Source: Alphaproteobacteria bacterium (GTDB lineage Bacteria; Pseudomonadota; Alphaproteobacteria; UBA828). Taken from it: DNA of 64,000 nucleotides. A model generated the notes under the pieces. It saw only the letters and a list, made by a program, of their open reading frames with translations, was not told the DNA's origin and searched no databases. The number at the start of each line of letters is the position of its first letter. The stretch's first letter is position 1. This document shows, piece after piece, positions 62,823-64,000 of the stretch. Made by a program: the position numbers and the translations under genes. Where the stretch lies: positions 618,667-682,666 of the forward strand of contig CBDFKL010000006.1 in assembly GCA_965248825.1 (NCBI GenBank), written 5' to 3'.

Positions 62823-62960
62823 ATGAAGCGCAAACCCTCCAAACGCAATCCCGCCGCGCGGGTTCTCGGCGATCCGCGCTTCCGCGGCCGCGTCGTCAAG
62901 GCGAAGAAAGGCAAAGGCGCCTACCGGCGGCGCCCCAAGCACCGCGCGGCAACCGTCTAG
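62823..62960 (+). CDS. ArfA-like alternative ribosome-rescue factor (45 aa, not in ORF track)
   Basis: MKRKPSKRNPAARVLGDPRFRGRVVKAKKGKGAYRRRPKHRAATV resembles the ArfA core N..L.DPLFRQRV.K.KKGKGSY.RK.KH. Confidence 0.75.
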   Translation: MKRKPSKRNPAARVLGDPRFRGRVVKAKKGKGAYRRRPKHRAATV

Positions 62961-63006
62961 GGCGCGCCTAGCGGTGGCGGGGGCGGCCGGTTCGGGGCCG
63001 GGCCGA

Positions 63007-63999
63007 CTACTTGTCGATGTCCCCCATGCACATATATTTGACCTCCATGAACTCATCGAGGCCGTAGTGGGAGCCCTCGCGGCCGATGCCGGATTCCTTC
63101 ATGCCGCCGAACGGCGCCACTTCCGTCGAGATGATCCCGGTATTGATCCCGACGATGCCGTATTCGAGCTGCTCGGCCACCCGCCAGATGCGCCCGATAT
63201 CGCGGCTGTAGAAATAGGCCGCGAGGCCGAATTCGGTGTCGTTCGCCAGTTGCACCGCCTCGTCGTCGGTTTCGAACCGAAACAGGGGAGCCAGCGGGCC
63301 GAAGGTCTCCTCGCGGGCGACCTTCATCTGAGTGTTCACATTGGCGATCACGGTGGGCTCGAAGAAGGTGCCGCCGAGCTTATGCCGCTTGCCGCCCTGG
63401 ATCACCGTCGCGCCCTTGTCGATCGCGTCCTGGATGTGCTCCTCGACCTTCTCGACCGCCGCGGCGTCGATCAGCGGGCCTTGCTGGGTCTCGCCTTCGA
63501 GCCCGGGGCCGACGACCAGCTTGGACGAGGCCTCGGCCAGCTTCTCGGCGAAGGTGTCGTAGACGTCGCCTTGCACCAGGAAGCGATTGGCGCAAACGCA
63601 GGTCTGTCCGGTATTGCGGTATTTCGAGGCCATGGCGCCGTTAACGGCGGAGTCCATATCGGCGTCGTCGAACACGATGAACGGCGCATTGCCGCCGAGC
63701 TCCATCGACACCTTCTTGACCGTGTGTGCGCATTGCTCGAGCAGGATCTTGCCGACCTCGGTCGAGCCGGTGAAGGACAGCTTCCGCACGATCGGATTGG
63801 CCGTGATCTCGCCGCCGACCTCGCCCGAGGGCCCGGTGATGACGTTGAAAACCCCCGGCGGTAACCCGGCGCGCTCGCCGAGCTCGCAGAGCGCGAGCGC
63901 GGAATAGGGCGTCGCCGTCGCCGGCCGCGCGATCACCGTGCATCCGGCGGCGAGCGCGGGGCCGGCCTTCCTGGTGATCATCGCGTTCGGGAAGTTCCA
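63007..63999 (-). CDS. gabD: NAD(P)-dependent succinate-semialdehyde dehydrogenase, 5' partial
   Basis: [45 protein letters not shown]. Confidence 0.92.
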   Translation of the reverse strand, partial: WNFPNAMITRKAGPALAAGCTVIARPATATPYSALALCELGERAGLPPGVFNVITGPSGEVGGEITANPIVRKLSFTGSTEVGKILLEQCAHTVKKVSMELGGNAPFIVFDDADMDSAVNGAMASKYRNTGQTCVCANRFLVQGDVYDTFAEKLAEASSKLVVGPGLEGETQQGPLIDAAAVEKVEEHIQDAIDKGATVIQGGKRHKLGGTFFEPTVIANVNTQMKVAREETFGPLAPLFRFETDDEAVQLANDTEFGLAAYFYSRDIGRIWRVAEQLEYGIVGINTGIISTEVAPFGGMKESGIGREGSHYGLDEFMEVKYMCMGDIDK

Positions 64000-64000
64000 C

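Overview
GC-rich alphaproteobacterial chromosome segment; gene content suggests Rhodospirillales-like (inference). Both ends are mostly housekeeping: dapD/dapE, asmA, degP with a two-component pair, upp, rpmB, meaB/scpA, dgcN/dgcA, cysK-alaX-sseA, the msbA-waaA-lpxK lipid A cluster, pmbA, msrA, mobA and gabD. An accessory catabolic block spans about 13.3-32.5 kb. It holds (i) a strongly divergent urease-like enzyme (fused ureAB, ureC with a remodelled substrate pocket, ureD as the only accessory gene) and (ii) a 2-aminophenol-type meta-cleavage cluster (amnC, Rid/amnD, amnB, amnA) with a Liv-type ABC importer. The importer's second permease is a single 1038-aa ORF fused to a second AmnA-like subunit and an arylformamidase-like hydrolase. 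The amn cluster is split by about 3.3 kb of mobile DNA (IS1182 remnant, parDE, integrase remnant, intact IS1634). Other notable items are two copies of a 271-bp structured MITE-like element that supply the start and stop codons of a histidine kinase gene, an unannotated 45-aa ArfA-like gene, and an Lpp/OprI-like lipoprotein convergent with an L,D-transpeptidase. No rRNA, tRNA or CRISPR array was seen. All calls come from manual motif recognition; no database searches were run.
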